From Escherichia coli (GTDB lineage Bacteria > Pseudomonadota > Gammaproteobacteria > Enterobacterales > Enterobacteriaceae), in assembly GCF_013122565.1 (NCBI RefSeq), contig NZ_CP053258.1: a stretch of 64,000 nucleotides of DNA. The stretch is one strand, 5' to 3'. The translations under genes and the position numbers were made by a program. The notes below the pieces were generated by a model. It searched no databases, was not told the DNA's origin, and worked only from the letters and a program-made list of their open reading frames with translations. Below, piece after piece: positions 23,596 through 36,578 of the stretch (the first letter of the stretch is position 1; each line of letters opens with the position of its first letter).

Positions 23596-24552
23596 ATGAA
23601 GCATGAATTATCAAGTATGAAGGCATTTGTCACTCTGGCAGAGTCGACTTCATTTAACAACGCCGCCAAATTACTTAACATTACACAACCCGCGTTAACG
23701 CGAAAAATAAAAAAGATGGAAGAAGATTTACATATTCAACTTTTTGAGCGTACAACTCGCAAGGTTACATTAACAACAGCGGGGAAAATGTTGCTTCCTG
23801 AGGCGCGGGAATTAATAAAAAAATTTGATGAAACACTTTTTAATATTCGGGAAATGAATCATTACCATCGTGGTATAGTGACATTAGCGTGTATTCCGAC
23901 CGCCGTGTTCTATTTCTTGCCATTGGCGATCGGCAAATTTAATGAGCTATATCCCAATATTAAAGTGCGGATTCTGGAACAAGGCACGAATAATTGCATG
24001 GAATCGGTGCTGTGCAACGAATCTGATTTTGGCATAAACATGAACAACGTCACAAATTTATCTATCGATTTTACTCCCCTGGTCAACGAGCCATTCGTGC
24101 TGGCCTGTCGGCGTGACCATCCTTTAGCCAAAAAGCAGCTAGTGGAATGGCAGGAGTTAGTCGGTTACAAAATGATTGGCGTACGCTCCTCCAGCGGCAA
24201 CCGATTGTTGATTGAACAAAATTTGGCCGACAAACCCTGGAAACTGGACTGGTTTTACGAAGTGCGCCATCTTTCAACGTCATTAGGACTGGTGGAGGCT
24301 GGACTGGGAATTTCGGCACTACCAAGCCTGGCAATGCCTCATGCGCCCTCTTCTTCTATTATTGGTATCCCCCTGGTAGAACCAGTAATTCGCCGCACAT
24401 TGGGTGTGATTCGCCGTAAAGATGCAGTGCTTTCTCCAGCAGCAGAACGCTTTTTTGCGTTACTTATTAATTTGTGGACTGACGATAAGGATAATCTGTG
24501 GACCAAGATCGTTGAACGTCAGAGACAGACATTACAGGTGATGGGAAAATAA
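23596..24552 (+). CDS. ybhD: LysR-type transcriptional regulator YbhD
   Basis: N-terminal HTH (FVTLAESTSFNNAAKLLNITQPALTRKIKKMEEDL), divergent from ybhH. Confidence 0.88.
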   Translation: MKHELSSMKAFVTLAESTSFNNAAKLLNITQPALTRKIKKMEEDLHIQLFERTTRKVTLTTAGKMLLPEARELIKKFDETLFNIREMNHYHRGIVTLACIPTAVFYFLPLAIGKFNELYPNIKVRILEQGTNNCMESVLCNESDFGINMNNVTNLSIDFTPLVNEPFVLACRRDHPLAKKQLVEWQELVGYKMIGVRSSSGNRLLIEQNLADKPWKLDWFYEVRHLSTSLGLVEAGLGISALPSLAMPHAPSSSIIGIPLVEPVIRRTLGVIRRKDAVLSPAAERFFALLINLWTDDKDNLWTKIVERQRQTLQVMGK

Positions 24553-24590
24553 TCCCGGAGCGGGAGATGCCGCGCCAGGATTATCAACAA

Positions 24591-25622
<1,032 letters not shown>

Positions 25623-25740
25623 CTAAAATTAGTCGCTTTTGGCGGTGAATGCTGAATTAAAACGCAGAATTTTGTCCGATAGTGGTATCGGTGTACCATT
25701 CGCGCAGACGAAAATTCTTAACCTTAATCTGGAATACGCC

Positions 25741-26559
25741 ATGACCACACGCGTGATTGCTCTCGACTTAGACGGCACCTTATTGACCCCGAAAAAGACC
25801 CTGCTTCCTTCATCGATAGAAGCCCTGGCCCGCGCTCGCGAAGCAGGCTATCAATTAATCATCGTCACAGGTCGCCATCACGTCGCTATTCATCCTTTTT
25901 ATCAGGCGCTGGCGCTGGATACACCTGCTATTTGCTGTAATGGCACCTATTTGTATGATTATCATGCAAAAACCGTGCTGGAAGCGGACCCAATGCCCGT
26001 TAATAAAGCCCTGCAACTCATTGAGATGCTCAATGAACACCACATTCACGGTCTGATGTATGTGGATGACGCGATGGTTTATGAGCACCCGACCGGGCAT
26101 GTCATTCGCACGTCTAACTGGGCGCAAACCCTGCCGCCGGAACAGCGTCCGACTTTCACACAAGTCGCTTCTCTGGCTGAAACGGCGCAACAAGTTAACG
26201 CCGTATGGAAGTTCGCCCTGACGCACGATGACCTGCCGCAATTGCAGCATTTTGGTAAGCATGTCGAACATGAACTGGGACTGGAGTGTGAATGGTCCTG
26301 GCACGATCAGGTTGATATTGCACGCGGCGGCAACAGCAAAGGTAAACGTTTGACGAAATGGGTTGAGGCGCAAGGCTGGTCGATGGAAAACGTCGTGGCG
26401 TTCGGCGATAACTTTAATGATATCAGTATGCTGGAGGCCGCTGGTACAGGCGTGGCGATGGGCAACGCCGATGACGCGGTAAAAGCGCGCGCCAACATTG
26501 TGATTGGTGATAACACCACCGACAGCATTGCCCAGTTCATTTATAGCCAACTGATTTAA
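25741..26559 (+). CDS. ybhA: HAD-family pyridoxal phosphate phosphatase YbhA, 272 aa
   Basis: ORF 25639..26559 with start at MTTRVIALDLDGTLL (HAD motif I). Confidence 0.9.
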   Translation: MTTRVIALDLDGTLLTPKKTLLPSSIEALARAREAGYQLIIVTGRHHVAIHPFYQALALDTPAICCNGTYLYDYHAKTVLEADPMPVNKALQLIEMLNEHHIHGLMYVDDAMVYEHPTGHVIRTSNWAQTLPPEQRPTFTQVASLAETAQQVNAVWKFALTHDDLPQLQHFGKHVEHELGLECEWSWHDQVDIARGGNSKGKRLTKWVEAQGWSMENVVAFGDNFNDISMLEAAGTGVAMGNADDAVKARANIVIGDNTTDSIAQFIYSQLI

Positions 26560-27618
26560 TCAGGCGGTTATCGACACACTTTTAATTTGCGCGTACAGCC
26601 ACAGGCCAGGTTTGATCGCCAGTTCATCCCTGGCCCACGGGCTGATACGAGCCCACAGCGTTTTACCGCCGACTTCCAGTTCCACTTCCACCTGGCCGTT
26701 GTCGTCATAACTATTAACAACTTTTGCCCGCAATACGTTACGAATGCTGGTTTGCTGCGGCGGTTGTAAAACCAGAGAAACATCGGAAGCCTGAATGCGG
26801 ATACGTAGCGCAGCTTGCAGCGGTTCGTCCAGCTTATTGACCCACAAATGCTGATCGCCCAGCGCCAGCGCAGTCATCGCGTAATGCGGATGATGCTCAA
26901 GTACCGTCACTTTCAGAATGCTACTTTGTTGCTCTTTCGGCAGCCACGGATTCATCACGCTACTACCCCAGACTTCTTCCAGCGCGCCAAAGGCTTTCAC
27001 CTGACCGTTTTCCAGTACCATCACTCTGTCTGCCAGATGGAGGATCTCATCCAGCGAATGGCTGACATACAACATCGGGATGTTGATTTCCCGCGTCAGA
27101 CGTTGCAGATAAGGCAACAGTTCGCGTTTACGCGGAATATCCAGTGACGCCAGCGGTTCATCCAGCAACAGCAATTCCGGTGCTGTCAGCAAAGCCCGCC
27201 CAATCGCCACGCGCTGTTTTTCGCCTCCGGACAGGCTGCCTGGTAAACGGTCAAGCAACGGTTCAATGCCTAAAAGCGCCACCAGCTTATCGAACTGATC
27301 GACCATACTTTTCGACATGCCGTAGCGCAGATTGCCACGCACTTTGTAATGCGGGAACAGCCGCGCATCCTGAAAAACATAGCCAACGCGACGCTTTTCC
27401 GGCGTCAGGCAGATACCTTTTTCGGCATCATTTAGTACCCGCCCATTGAGGACAATCCGCCCTTTTTGCGGGCGCGTCAGTCCACTGATGGCGTTAATCA
27501 GCGAAGTTTTTCCGGCACCGGATACGCCAAAGATAGCAGTGATGCCATTGGCGGGCAGCGTTTCATTAATGGTCAGGCAATGGTTGCCCAACGTCTGGGA
27601 AAAATTCAGCTCCAGCAT
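26560..27618 (-). CDS. modC: Molybdate ABC transporter ATPase ModC
   Basis: 352-aa ORF, Walker A GVSGAGKT. Confidence 0.94.
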
Positions 27619-27620
27619 GA

Positions 27621-28310
27621 TTAGCGCCCCGCCCGTTCACGGCTGATTCTGGCCAGCCATTCTGAAATCAACAGGGAGATCATCGCCAGCGCAATAGAAA
27701 TAATGCACAGTCTCGCCGCGCCACTTTCCCCGCCGGGGGTCTGGATCAGGGTATACATGGCAGAGGGAATGGTTCGCGTTTCGCCAGGAATGTTCGACAC
27801 AAAGGTGATGGTTGCACCAAACTCACCGAGAGAACGAGCAAAAGCCAGTACCGTACCAACAATAATTCCCGGTAAGGTCAGCGGTAACGTGATAGTAAAG
27901 AAAACGCGCCAGCGCCCGGCCCCCAGTGTTCTTGCGGCCTGTTCCAGTTTGACATCAACCCCTTCCAGCGCCAGACGAATTGCCCGCACCATCAGCGGAA
28001 ACGACATGACGGCGGCAGCGAGAACCGCGCCGCGCCAGCTAAAGGCGAAGGTAATACCAAACCAGTCATACAGACGTTCACCGATAAATCCGCGCCGTCC
28101 CATCGAAACTAATAATAAGTAACCGACGACCACGGGCGGTAACACCAGCGGTAGATGCAGTACGCTGTCGAGCAGAGCTTTGCCCGGAAACGTGTAACGC
28201 ACCAGTAACCAGGCAAAAAAGATCCCAAACGGCAGGCTAAACAGCACAGCCAGGGAAGAAACTTTCAGGCTTAATAAAACTGCCTGCCATTCTGGATCGG
28301 TCAGTATCAT
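27621..28310 (-). CDS. modB: Molybdate ABC transporter permease ModB
   Basis: 229-aa ORF. Confidence 0.94.
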
Positions 28311-29083
28311 TACTTGGTTGTAAATCCGTAATGTTTAAAGATTTCCGCAGCCTGCGGCCCTTTCAAATAATCATAAAATGCTTTCACTGTCGCATTGTTA
28401 TGCCCTTCCACAACAGCAACCGGATATTCCACTTTTTTATGCGAATCTTCCGGGAAGGTGGCAACCACTTTTACCCCTTTGCTGGCAACTGCGTCAGAAC
28501 CATAAACAATGCCCAGCGGCGCTTCATTGCGTTCGACCAACGCCAGCGCGCCACGAACATCTTCCGCCGGAGCCAGTTTCGGGGAGAGCGTATCCCATGC
28601 GCCCAGTTTTTGCAGTGCTTCTTTCGCATAAATGCCAGCGGGGACATGTTCCGGATCGCCAACCGCCAGACGACCGCCATTCAGCAGCGAAGTCCAGTTA
28701 GTTTTGCTGTCGATGGTGAAATCTTTCTGCTCGCTGGCTTTCGGTGCTACAACGACCAGGCTATTGCCGAGCAGTGTCTGACGCGTAGCTGTATCGATCG
28801 CTTTTTTATCAACCGCATAATCCATCCATTTCTGATCGGCAGAAATAAACAGATCCGCAGGGGCACCCGCTTCAATCTGACGGGCGAGAGTAGATGACGA
28901 AGCGAAAGAAGAAACCACATCCACGCCTTTCTCTTTTTTATACTGGGTAGCAATGTCCTGCATTGCGTTAGTCAGTGATGCGGCGGCGAACACCGTGATT
29001 TTCCCTTCATCTGCCAGTGCATTGCCAGCAACAGCGAAAGAGAGTGCCGCCCCGGCAAACAAGTTCAACCATTTACGAGCCAT
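28310..29083 (-). CDS. modA: Molybdate-binding periplasmic protein ModA
   Basis: 257-aa ORF with signal peptide. Confidence 0.94.
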   Translation of the reverse strand: MARKWLNLFAGAALSFAVAGNALADEGKITVFAAASLTNAMQDIATQYKKEKGVDVVSSFASSSTLARQIEAGAPADLFISADQKWMDYAVDKKAIDTATRQTLLGNSLVVVAPKASEQKDFTIDSKTNWTSLLNGGRLAVGDPEHVPAGIYAKEALQKLGAWDTLSPKLAPAEDVRGALALVERNEAPLGIVYGSDAVASKGVKVVATFPEDSHKKVEYPVAVVEGHNNATVKAFYDYLKGPQAAEIFKHYGFTTK

Positions 29084-29092
29084 TGGTAACCC

Positions 29093-29129
29093 CTTAATGT
29101 AACGTTATGTAGGCGACAATATAACGACT
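29093..29129. promoter_or_regulatory. ModE operator at the modABC promoter
   Basis: cttaatgtaacgttatgtaggcgacaatataacgactaa matches the remembered modA operator (CGTTATATTGTCGCCTACATAACGTTACATTAAG on the other strand). Confidence 0.75.
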
Positions 29130-29249
29130 AACTCGGAATTTTCCCAGCAGTTATTGCTAACCTTTGTGAGGTATATAAGAAAAAATATCGGCAGGAAAAG
29201 CAGGAAGTTGAGAAAAAGAAAATGCCCGACTAAGCGGGCATTCAGGGAA

Positions 29250-29417
<168 letters not shown>

Positions 29418-29527
29418 TCATGAGACTATTCTAACCGCTAAGCTCAGAAAAGCACTCCCCTTTTGTGCGGTCAGCTTTGCGTGGCGTTCGTTTTCCGTCA
29501 CAATAAGACTTTTGCCAGGACATTGTT

Positions 29528-30316
29528 ATGCAGGCCGAAATCCTTCTCACCCTTAAGCTCCAACAAAAATTATTCGCCGACCCGCGCCGCATTTCGCTAC
29601 TAAAACACATTGCGCTTTCCGGTTCCATTAGCCAGGGAGCGAAAGATGCCGGTATCAGCTATAAAAGCGCCTGGGATGCCATTAACGAAATGAATCAGTT
29701 AAGCGAGCATACGCTGGTTGAGCGCGCAACAGGCGGTAAAGGTGGCGGCGGCGCGATGCTGACTCGCTATGGTCAACGCCTGATTCAGCTTTACGACCTG
29801 CTCGCCCAGATCCAGCAAAAAGCCTTTGATGTGTTAAGCGACGATGACGCCCTGCCGCTGAACAGCCTGCTGGCCGCGATCTCACGTTTTTCACTACAAA
29901 CCAGCGCCCGTAACCAGTGGTTCGGTACCATCACCGCCCGCGATCATGATGACGTTCAACAGCATGTTGATGTCTTACTGGCTGACGGAAAAACACGCCT
30001 GAAAGTCGCAATTACCGCACAAAGCGGCGCGCGTCTGGGGCTGGATGAAGGCAAAGAAGTGTTGATATTGCTAAAAGCGCCGTGGGTAGGTATTACTCAG
30101 GACGAGACGGTCGCGCAAAACGCCGACAACCAATTACCGGGTATTATTAGTCATATTGAGCGCGGCGCAGAGCAGTGCGAAGTATTAATGGCGCTACCCG
30201 ACGGGCAAACACTATGCGCCACTGTGCCGGTAAATGAAGCGACTACTCTTCAGCAAGGACAGAATGTCACGGCCTACTTTAATGCCGACAGCGTGATTAT
30301 CGCCACGCTGTGCTAA
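29528..30316 (+). CDS. modE: Molybdate-responsive transcriptional regulator ModE
   Basis: 262-aa ORF, recognised. Confidence 0.94.
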   Translation: MQAEILLTLKLQQKLFADPRRISLLKHIALSGSISQGAKDAGISYKSAWDAINEMNQLSEHTLVERATGGKGGGGAMLTRYGQRLIQLYDLLAQIQQKAFDVLSDDDALPLNSLLAAISRFSLQTSARNQWFGTITARDHDDVQQHVDVLLADGKTRLKVAITAQSGARLGLDEGKEVLILLKAPWVGITQDETVAQNADNQLPGIISHIERGAEQCEVLMALPDGQTLCATVPVNEATTLQQGQNVTAYFNADSVIIATLC

Positions 30317-30383
30317 GCGTGTTGACAATTTGTTATGAAACACGTATCCCTGTCAGTAATCGCTGCACAAAATGGGATATAAA

Positions 30384-31856
30384 ATGTCATCGTTGCAAAT
30401 TTTGCAAGGCACGTTTCGTCTTAGCGACACAAAAACGCTGCAATTGCCTCAGCTAACGTTAAACGCGGGTGATAGTTGGGCGTTTGTCGGTTCGAATGGA
30501 AGCGGGAAATCGGCCCTGGCCCGCGCGCTGGCGGGGGAACTTCCGCTTTTGAAAGGTGAACGGCAAAGCCAGTTTTCCCACATCACTCGTCTCTCCTTCG
30601 AGCAATTGCAAAAGCTCGTCAGCGACGAATGGCAGCGGAATAACACCGATATGCTCGGCCCTGGCGAAGATGACACCGGACGCACTACGGCTGAGATCAT
30701 TCAGGATGAAGTAAAGGATGCACCGAGTTGTATGCAACTGGCGCAACAGTTCGGTATTACCGCCCTCCTCGACCGACGCTTTAAATACCTTTCCACTGGC
30801 GAGACGCGAAAAACCCTGCTGTGTCAGGCGCTGATGTCGGAGCCTGACTTGTTGATTCTTGATGAGCCGTTCGATGGCCTGGATGTTGCCTCACGTCAGC
30901 AGCTGGCTGAGCTACTCGCCTCGTTACATCAGTCCGGTATTACTCTGGTACTGGTGCTCAATCGCTTCGATGAGATCCCGGAATTTGTCCAGTTTGCTGG
31001 CGTGCTGGCGGATTGCACGTTAGCGGAAACTGGTGCTAAAGAGGAACTGCTCCAACAAGCACTCGTCGCGCAACTGGCGCATAGTGAACAGCTTGAAGGT
31101 GTGCAACTGCCGGAGCCGGATGAACCTTCAGCACGTCACGCCTTACCCGCCAACGAACCGCGCATTGTGCTGAATAATGGCGTGGTTTCTTATAACGATC
31201 GCCCCATTCTTAATAACCTTAGCTGGCAGGTGAATCCAGGTGAACACTGGCAAATTGTCGGGCCAAATGGCGCGGGAAAATCGACGTTATTAAGCCTGAT
31301 TACTGGCGATCATCCGCAAGGTTACAGCAACGATTTGACGCTTTTCGGCCGACGTCGCGGCAGCGGCGAAACCATCTGGGATATCAAAAAGCATATCGGT
31401 TACGTCAGCAGTAGTTTGCATCTGGATTACCGGGTCAGCACTACCGTGCGTAATGTGATTCTTTCTGGCTATTTTGATTCGATTGGCATTTATCAGGCCG
31501 TTTCGGATCGCCAGCAAAAACTGGTGCAGCAGTGGCTGGATATTCTCGGCATTGATAAACGCACGGCTGACGCTCCTTTCCATAGTCTTTCCTGGGGACA
31601 GCAGCGTCTGGCGCTGATCGTCCGCGCACTGGTGAAACATCCGACGTTGCTTATTCTCGATGAACCACTACAGGGGCTTGATCCGCTCAATCGCCAGCTT
31701 ATCCGCCGTTTTGTTGATGTGCTGATTAGCGAAGGTGAAACGCAATTGTTGTTTGTTTCGCACCATGCTGAAGATGCACCAGCCTGTATTACCCATCGAC
31801 TGGAGTTCGTGCCGGACGGTGAACTCTATCGCTATGTGCTGACAAAAATATATTGA
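30384..31856 (+). CDS. modF: ABC-family ATPase ModF (two ATP-binding domains), 490 aa
   Basis: ORF 30372..31856 with start at MSSLQI; two Walker A motifs (GSNGSGKS, GPNGAGKS). Confidence 0.92.
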   Translation: MSSLQILQGTFRLSDTKTLQLPQLTLNAGDSWAFVGSNGSGKSALARALAGELPLLKGERQSQFSHITRLSFEQLQKLVSDEWQRNNTDMLGPGEDDTGRTTAEIIQDEVKDAPSCMQLAQQFGITALLDRRFKYLSTGETRKTLLCQALMSEPDLLILDEPFDGLDVASRQQLAELLASLHQSGITLVLVLNRFDEIPEFVQFAGVLADCTLAETGAKEELLQQALVAQLAHSEQLEGVQLPEPDEPSARHALPANEPRIVLNNGVVSYNDRPILNNLSWQVNPGEHWQIVGPNGAGKSTLLSLITGDHPQGYSNDLTLFGRRRGSGETIWDIKKHIGYVSSSLHLDYRVSTTVRNVILSGYFDSIGIYQAVSDRQQKLVQQWLDILGIDKRTADAPFHSLSWGQQRLALIVRALVKHPTLLILDEPLQGLDPLNRQLIRRFVDVLISEGETQLLFVSHHAEDAPACITHRLEFVPDGELYRYVLTKIY

Positions 31857-31860
31857 GTCG

Positions 31861-31925
31861 GTAGTGCTGACCGTGCCGGATGTGGCGTAAACGCGTTATC
31901 CGGCCCACGGTCAGACGCATCCAGG
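31861..31925. repeat. REP-like element after modF
   Basis: gccggatgtggcgtaaacgcgttatccggc palindrome. Confidence 0.5.
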
Positions 31926-32019
31926 TATGAAACCGCGTCTTTTTTTCAGATAAAAAGCGCAATCATTCATAAACCCTCTGTTTTATAATCACTTAATCGC
32001 ACATAAAAAATGGCTAAAC

Positions 32020-32117
32020 TCTTGTGTAAACGATTCCACTAATTTATTCCATGTCACACTTTTCGCATCTTTGTTATGCTATGGTTATTTCATACCATAA
32101 GCCTAATGGAGCGAATT
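32020..32117 (+). promoter_or_regulatory. gal operon promoters P1/P2 with external operator OE
   Basis: OE gtgtaaacgattccac at 32024-32039; tatgctatggttatttcatacc promoter region immediately upstream of galE. Confidence 0.85.
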
Positions 32118-33134
32118 ATGAGAGTTCTGGTTACCGGTGGTAGCGGTTACATTGGAAGTCATACCTGTGTGCAATTACTGCAAAACGGTCATGATGTCAT
32201 CATTCTTGATAACCTCTGTAACAGTAAGCGCAGCGTACTGCCTGTTATCGAGCGTTTAGGCGGCAAACATCCAACGTTTGTTGAAGGCGATATTCGTAAC
32301 GAAGCGTTGATGACCGAGATCCTGCACGATCACGCTATCGACACCGTGATCCACTTCGCCGGGCTGAAAGCCGTTGGCGAATCGGTACAAAAACCGCTGG
32401 AATATTACGACAACAATGTCAACGGTACTCTGCGCCTGATTAGCGCCATGCGCGCCGCTAACGTCAAAAACTTTATTTTTAGCTCCTCCGCCACCGTCTA
32501 TGGCGATCAGCCCAAAATTCCATACGTTGAAAGCTTCCCGACCGGCACACCGCAAAGCCCTTACGGCAAAAGCAAGCTGATGGTGGAACAGATCCTCACC
32601 GATCTGCAAAAAGCCCAGCCGGACTGGAGCATTGCCCTGCTGCGCTACTTCAACCCGGTTGGCGCACATCCGTCGGGCGATATGGGCGAAGATCCGCAAG
32701 GCATTCCGAATAACCTGATGCCATACATCGCCCAGGTTGCTGTAGGCCGTCGCGACTCGCTGGCGATTTTTGGTAACGATTATCCGACCGAAGATGGTAC
32801 TGGCGTACGCGATTACATCCACGTAATGGATCTGGCGGACGGTCACGTCGTGGCGATGGAAAAACTGGCGAACAAGCCAGGCGTACACATCTACAACCTC
32901 GGTGCTGGCGTAGGCAGCAGCGTGCTGGACGTGGTTAATGCCTTCAGCAAAGCCTGCGGCAAACCGGTTAACTATCATTTTGCACCGCGTCGCGAGGGCG
33001 ACCTTCCGGCCTACTGGGCGGACGCCAGCAAAGCCGACCGTGAACTGAACTGGCGCGTAACGCGCACACTCGATGAAATGGCGCAGGACACCTGGCACTG
33101 GCAGTCACGCCATCCACAGGGATATCCCGATTAA
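32118..33134 (+). CDS. galE: UDP-glucose 4-epimerase GalE, 338 aa
   Basis: ORF 32076..33134 with start at MRVLVTGGSGYIGSH. Confidence 0.96.
   Translation: MRVLVTGGSGYIGSHTCVQLLQNGHDVIILDNLCNSKRSVLPVIERLGGKHPTFVEGDIRNEALMTEILHDHAIDTVIHFAGLKAVGESVQKPLEYYDNNVNGTLRLISAMRAANVKNFIFSSSATVYGDQPKIPYVESFPTGTPQSPYGKSKLMVEQILTDLQKAQPDWSIALLRYFNPVGAHPSGDMGEDPQGIPNNLMPYIAQVAVGRRDSLAIFGNDYPTEDGTGVRDYIHVMDLADGHVVAMEKLANKPGVHIYNLGAGVGSSVLDVVNAFSKACGKPVNYHFAPRREGDLPAYWADASKADRELNWRVTRTLDEMAQDTWHWQSRHPQGYPD
32147..32162. promoter_or_regulatory. gal internal operator OI inside galE
   Basis: gtggtagcggttacat within the first 45 nt of galE. Confidence 0.8.
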
Positions 33135-33143
33135 GGAACGACC

Positions 33144-34190
33144 ATGACGCAATTTAATCCCGTTGATCATCCACATCGCCGCTACAACCCGCTCACCGGG
33201 CAATGGATTCTGGTTTCACCGCACCGCGCTAAGCGCCCCTGGCAGGGGGCGCAGGAAACGCCAGCCAAACAGGTGTTACCTGCGCACGATCCAGATTGCT
33301 TCCTCTGCGCAGGTAATGTGCGGGTGACAGGCGATAAAAACCCCGATTACACCGGGACTTACGTTTTCACTAATGACTTTGCGGCCTTGATGTCTGACAC
33401 GCCAGATGCGCCAGAAAGCAACGATCCGCTGATGCGTTGCCAGAGCGCGCGCGGTACCAGCCGGGTGATCTGCTTTTCACCGGATCACAGTAAAACGTTG
33501 CCAGAGCTCAGTGTTGCGGCATTGACGGAAATCGTCAAAACCTGGCAGGAGCAAACCGCAGAACTGGGGAAAACGTACCCATGGGTGCAGGTCTTTGAAA
33601 ACAAAGGCGCGGCGATGGGCTGCTCTAACCCGCATCCGCACGGACAGGTTTGGGCAAATAGCTTCCTGCCTAACGAAGCTGAGCGCGAAGACCGCCTGCA
33701 AAAAGAATATTTTGCCGGGCAGAAATCACCAATGCTGGTGGATTATGTTCAGCGCGAGCTGGCAGACGGTAGCCGTACCGTTGTCGAAACCGAACACTGG
33801 TTAGCCGTCGTGCCTTACTGGGCTGCCTGGCCGTTCGAAACGCTACTGCTGCCCAAAGCCCACGTTTTACGGATCACCGATTTGACCGATGCCCAGCGCA
33901 GCGATCTGGCGCTGGCGTTGAAAAAGCTGACCAGTCGTTATGACAACCTCTTCCAGTGCTCCTTCCCCTACTCTATGGGCTGGCACGGCGCGCCATTTAA
34001 TGGCGAAGAGAATCAACACTGGCAGCTGCACGCGCACTTTTATCCGCCTCTGTTGCGCTCCGCCACCGTACGTAAATTTATGGTTGGTTATGAAATGCTG
34101 GCAGAGACCCAGCGAGACCTGACCGCAGAACAGGCAGCAGAGCGTTTGCGCGCAGTCAGCGATATCCATTTTCGCGAATCCGGAGTGTAA
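33144..34190 (+). CDS. galT: Galactose-1-phosphate uridylyltransferase GalT
   Basis: 348-aa ORF, recognised. Confidence 0.96.
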   Translation: MTQFNPVDHPHRRYNPLTGQWILVSPHRAKRPWQGAQETPAKQVLPAHDPDCFLCAGNVRVTGDKNPDYTGTYVFTNDFAALMSDTPDAPESNDPLMRCQSARGTSRVICFSPDHSKTLPELSVAALTEIVKTWQEQTAELGKTYPWVQVFENKGAAMGCSNPHPHGQVWANSFLPNEAEREDRLQKEYFAGQKSPMLVDYVQRELADGSRTVVETEHWLAVVPYWAAWPFETLLLPKAHVLRITDLTDAQRSDLALALKKLTSRYDNLFQCSFPYSMGWHGAPFNGEENQHWQLHAHFYPPLLRSATVRKFMVGYEMLAETQRDLTAEQAAERLRAVSDIHFRESGV

Positions 34191-34193
34191 GAA

Positions 34194-35342
34194 ATGAGTC
34201 TGAAAGAAAAAACGCAATCTCTGTTTGCCAACGCATTTGGCTACCCTGCCACTCACACCATTCAGGCGCCTGGCCGCGTGAATTTGATTGGTGAACACAC
34301 CGACTACAACGACGGTTTCGTTCTGCCCTGCGCGATTGATTATCAAACCGTGATCAGTTGTGCGCCACGCGATGACCGTAAAGTTCGCGTAATGGCAGCC
34401 GATTATGAAAATCAGCTCGACGAGTTTTCCCTCGATGCGCCCATTGTCGCGCATGAAAACTATCAATGGGCGAACTACGTTCGTGGCGTGGTGAAACATC
34501 TGCAACTGCGTAACAACAGCTTCGGCGGTGTGGACATGGTGATCAGCGGCAATGTGCCGCAGGGTGCCGGGTTAAGTTCTTCCGCTTCACTGGAAGTCGC
34601 GGTCGGAACCGTATTGCAGCAGCTTTATCATCTACCGCTGGACGGCGCACAAATCGCGCTTAACGGTCAGGAAGCAGAAAACCAGTTTGTTGGCTGTAAC
34701 TGCGGGATCATGGATCAACTGATTTCCGCGCTCGGCAAGAAAGATCATGCCTTGCTGATTGACTGCCGCTCACTGGGTACCAAAGCAGTTTCCATGCCGA
34801 AAGGTGTGGCTGTGGTCATCATCAACAGTAACTTCAAACGTACCCTGGTTGGCAGCGAATACAACACCCGTCGTGAACAGTGCGAAACCGGTGCGCGTTT
34901 CTTCCAGCAGCCAGCCCTGCGCGATGTCACCATTGAAGAGTTCAACGCTGTTGCGCATGAACTGGACCCGATCGTGGCGAAACGCGTGCGTCATATCCTG
35001 ACTGAAAACGCCCGCACCGTTGAAGCTGCCAGCGCGCTGGAGCAAGGCGATCTGAAACGTATGGGCGAGTTGATGGCGGAGTCTCATGCCTCTATGCGCG
35101 ATGATTTCGAAATCACCGTGCCGCAAATTGACACTCTGGTAGAAATCGTCAAAGCTGTGATTGGCGACAAAGGTGGCGTACGCATGACCGGCGGCGGATT
35201 TGGCGGCTGTATCGTCGCGTTGATCCCGGAAGAGCTGGTGCCTGCCGTACAGCAAGCTGTCGCTGAACAATATGAAGCAAAAACAGGTATTAAAGAGACT
35301 TTTTACGTTTGTAAACCATCACAAGGAGCAGGACAGTGCTGA
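34194..35342 (+). CDS. galK: Galactokinase GalK
   Basis: 382-aa ORF, recognised. Confidence 0.96.
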
Positions 35343-36376
35343 ACGAAACTCCCGCACTGGCACCCGATGGTCAGCCGTACCGACTGTTAACTTTGCGTAA
35401 CAACGCAGGGATGGTAGTCACGCTGATGGACTGGGGTGCGACTTTACTTTCAGCCCGTATTCCGCTTTCCGATGGCAGCGTCCGCGAGGCGCTGCTCGGC
35501 TGTGCCAGCCCGGAATGCTATCAGGATCAGGCCGCGTTTCTGGGGGCCTCTATTGGTCGTTATGCCAACCGTATCGCCAATAGCCGTTATACCTTTGACG
35601 GTGAAACCGTGACGCTTTCGCCAAGTCAGGGCGTTAACCAGCTGCACGGCGGCCCGGAAGGGTTCGACAAACGTCGCTGGCAGATTGTGAACCAGAACGA
35701 TCGTCAGGTGCTGTTTGCCCTGAGTTCAGATGATGGCGATCAGGGCTTCCCGGGTAATCTCGGCGCGACGGTGCAATATCGTCTGACCGACGATAACCGT
35801 ATCTCCATTACTTATCGCGCCACAGTTGATAAACCTTGCCCGGTGAATATGACTAATCACGTCTATTTCAATCTTGACGGCGAGCAGTCTGACGTGCGCA
35901 ATCACAAGTTGCAGATTCTGGCGGACGAATATCTTCCGGTTGATGAAGGCGGCATTCCGCACGACGGCCTGAAATCTGTCGCCGGAACGTCTTTTGATTT
36001 CCGCAGCGCCAAAATCATCGCCAGTGAGTTTCTTGCCGATGACGATCAGCGCAAAGTGAAAGGTTACGATCACGCGTTCTTGTTACAGGCCAAAGGCGAT
36101 GGCAAGAAAGTGGCGGCGCATGTCTGGTCAGCAGATGAAAAATTGCAGCTGAAGGTCTACACCACCGCTCCGGCTCTGCAATTCTACTCCGGCAACTTCC
36201 TTGGCGGCACACCGTCGCGGGGAACCGAACCTTACGCCGACTGGCAAGGGCTGGCTCTGGAAAGCGAGTTTCTGCCGGACAGCCCGAACCACCCTGAATG
36301 GCCGCAACCGGACTGCTTCCTGCGTCCTGGCGAAGAGTATTCCAGCCTGACGGAATATCAGTTTATTGCTGAGTAA
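35336..36376 (+). CDS. galM: Aldose 1-epimerase (mutarotase) GalM
   Basis: 346-aa ORF; start overlaps galK end. Confidence 0.95.
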
Positions 36377-36379
36377 TGT

Positions 36380-36406
36380 TAAGCCCTCGTCATGAGGGCT
36401 TTATCT
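36380..36406 (+). terminator. Rho-independent terminator after galM
   Basis: gccctcgtcatgagggc hairpin followed by ttatcttc. Confidence 0.6.
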
Positions 36407-36534
36407 TCACATTGTTCAAATCACCAGCAAACACCGACATATTTGCAACTCAATATTCACAACAACCTTACACTGCGACACTATTTTCGCTATGGTTATG
36501 CGTAAGCATTGCTGTTGCTTCGTCACGGCAATAT

Positions 36535-36553
36535 AATGAGAATTATTATCATT
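36535..36553. promoter_or_regulatory. Fur box in gpmA promoter
   Basis: taatgagaattattatcat resembles the Fur consensus GATAATGATAATCATTATC; gpmA is known to be Fur-regulated. Confidence 0.6.
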
Positions 36554-36578
36554 AAAAAATGATTTGAGGAGTAAGTAT

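Noticed and set aside
32256-33098. 280-aa minus-strand ORF
   Set aside because: Antisense to galE, which is unambiguous on the plus strand.
33867-34505. 212-aa minus-strand ORF
   Set aside because: Antisense across the galT-galK junction; no independent signals.
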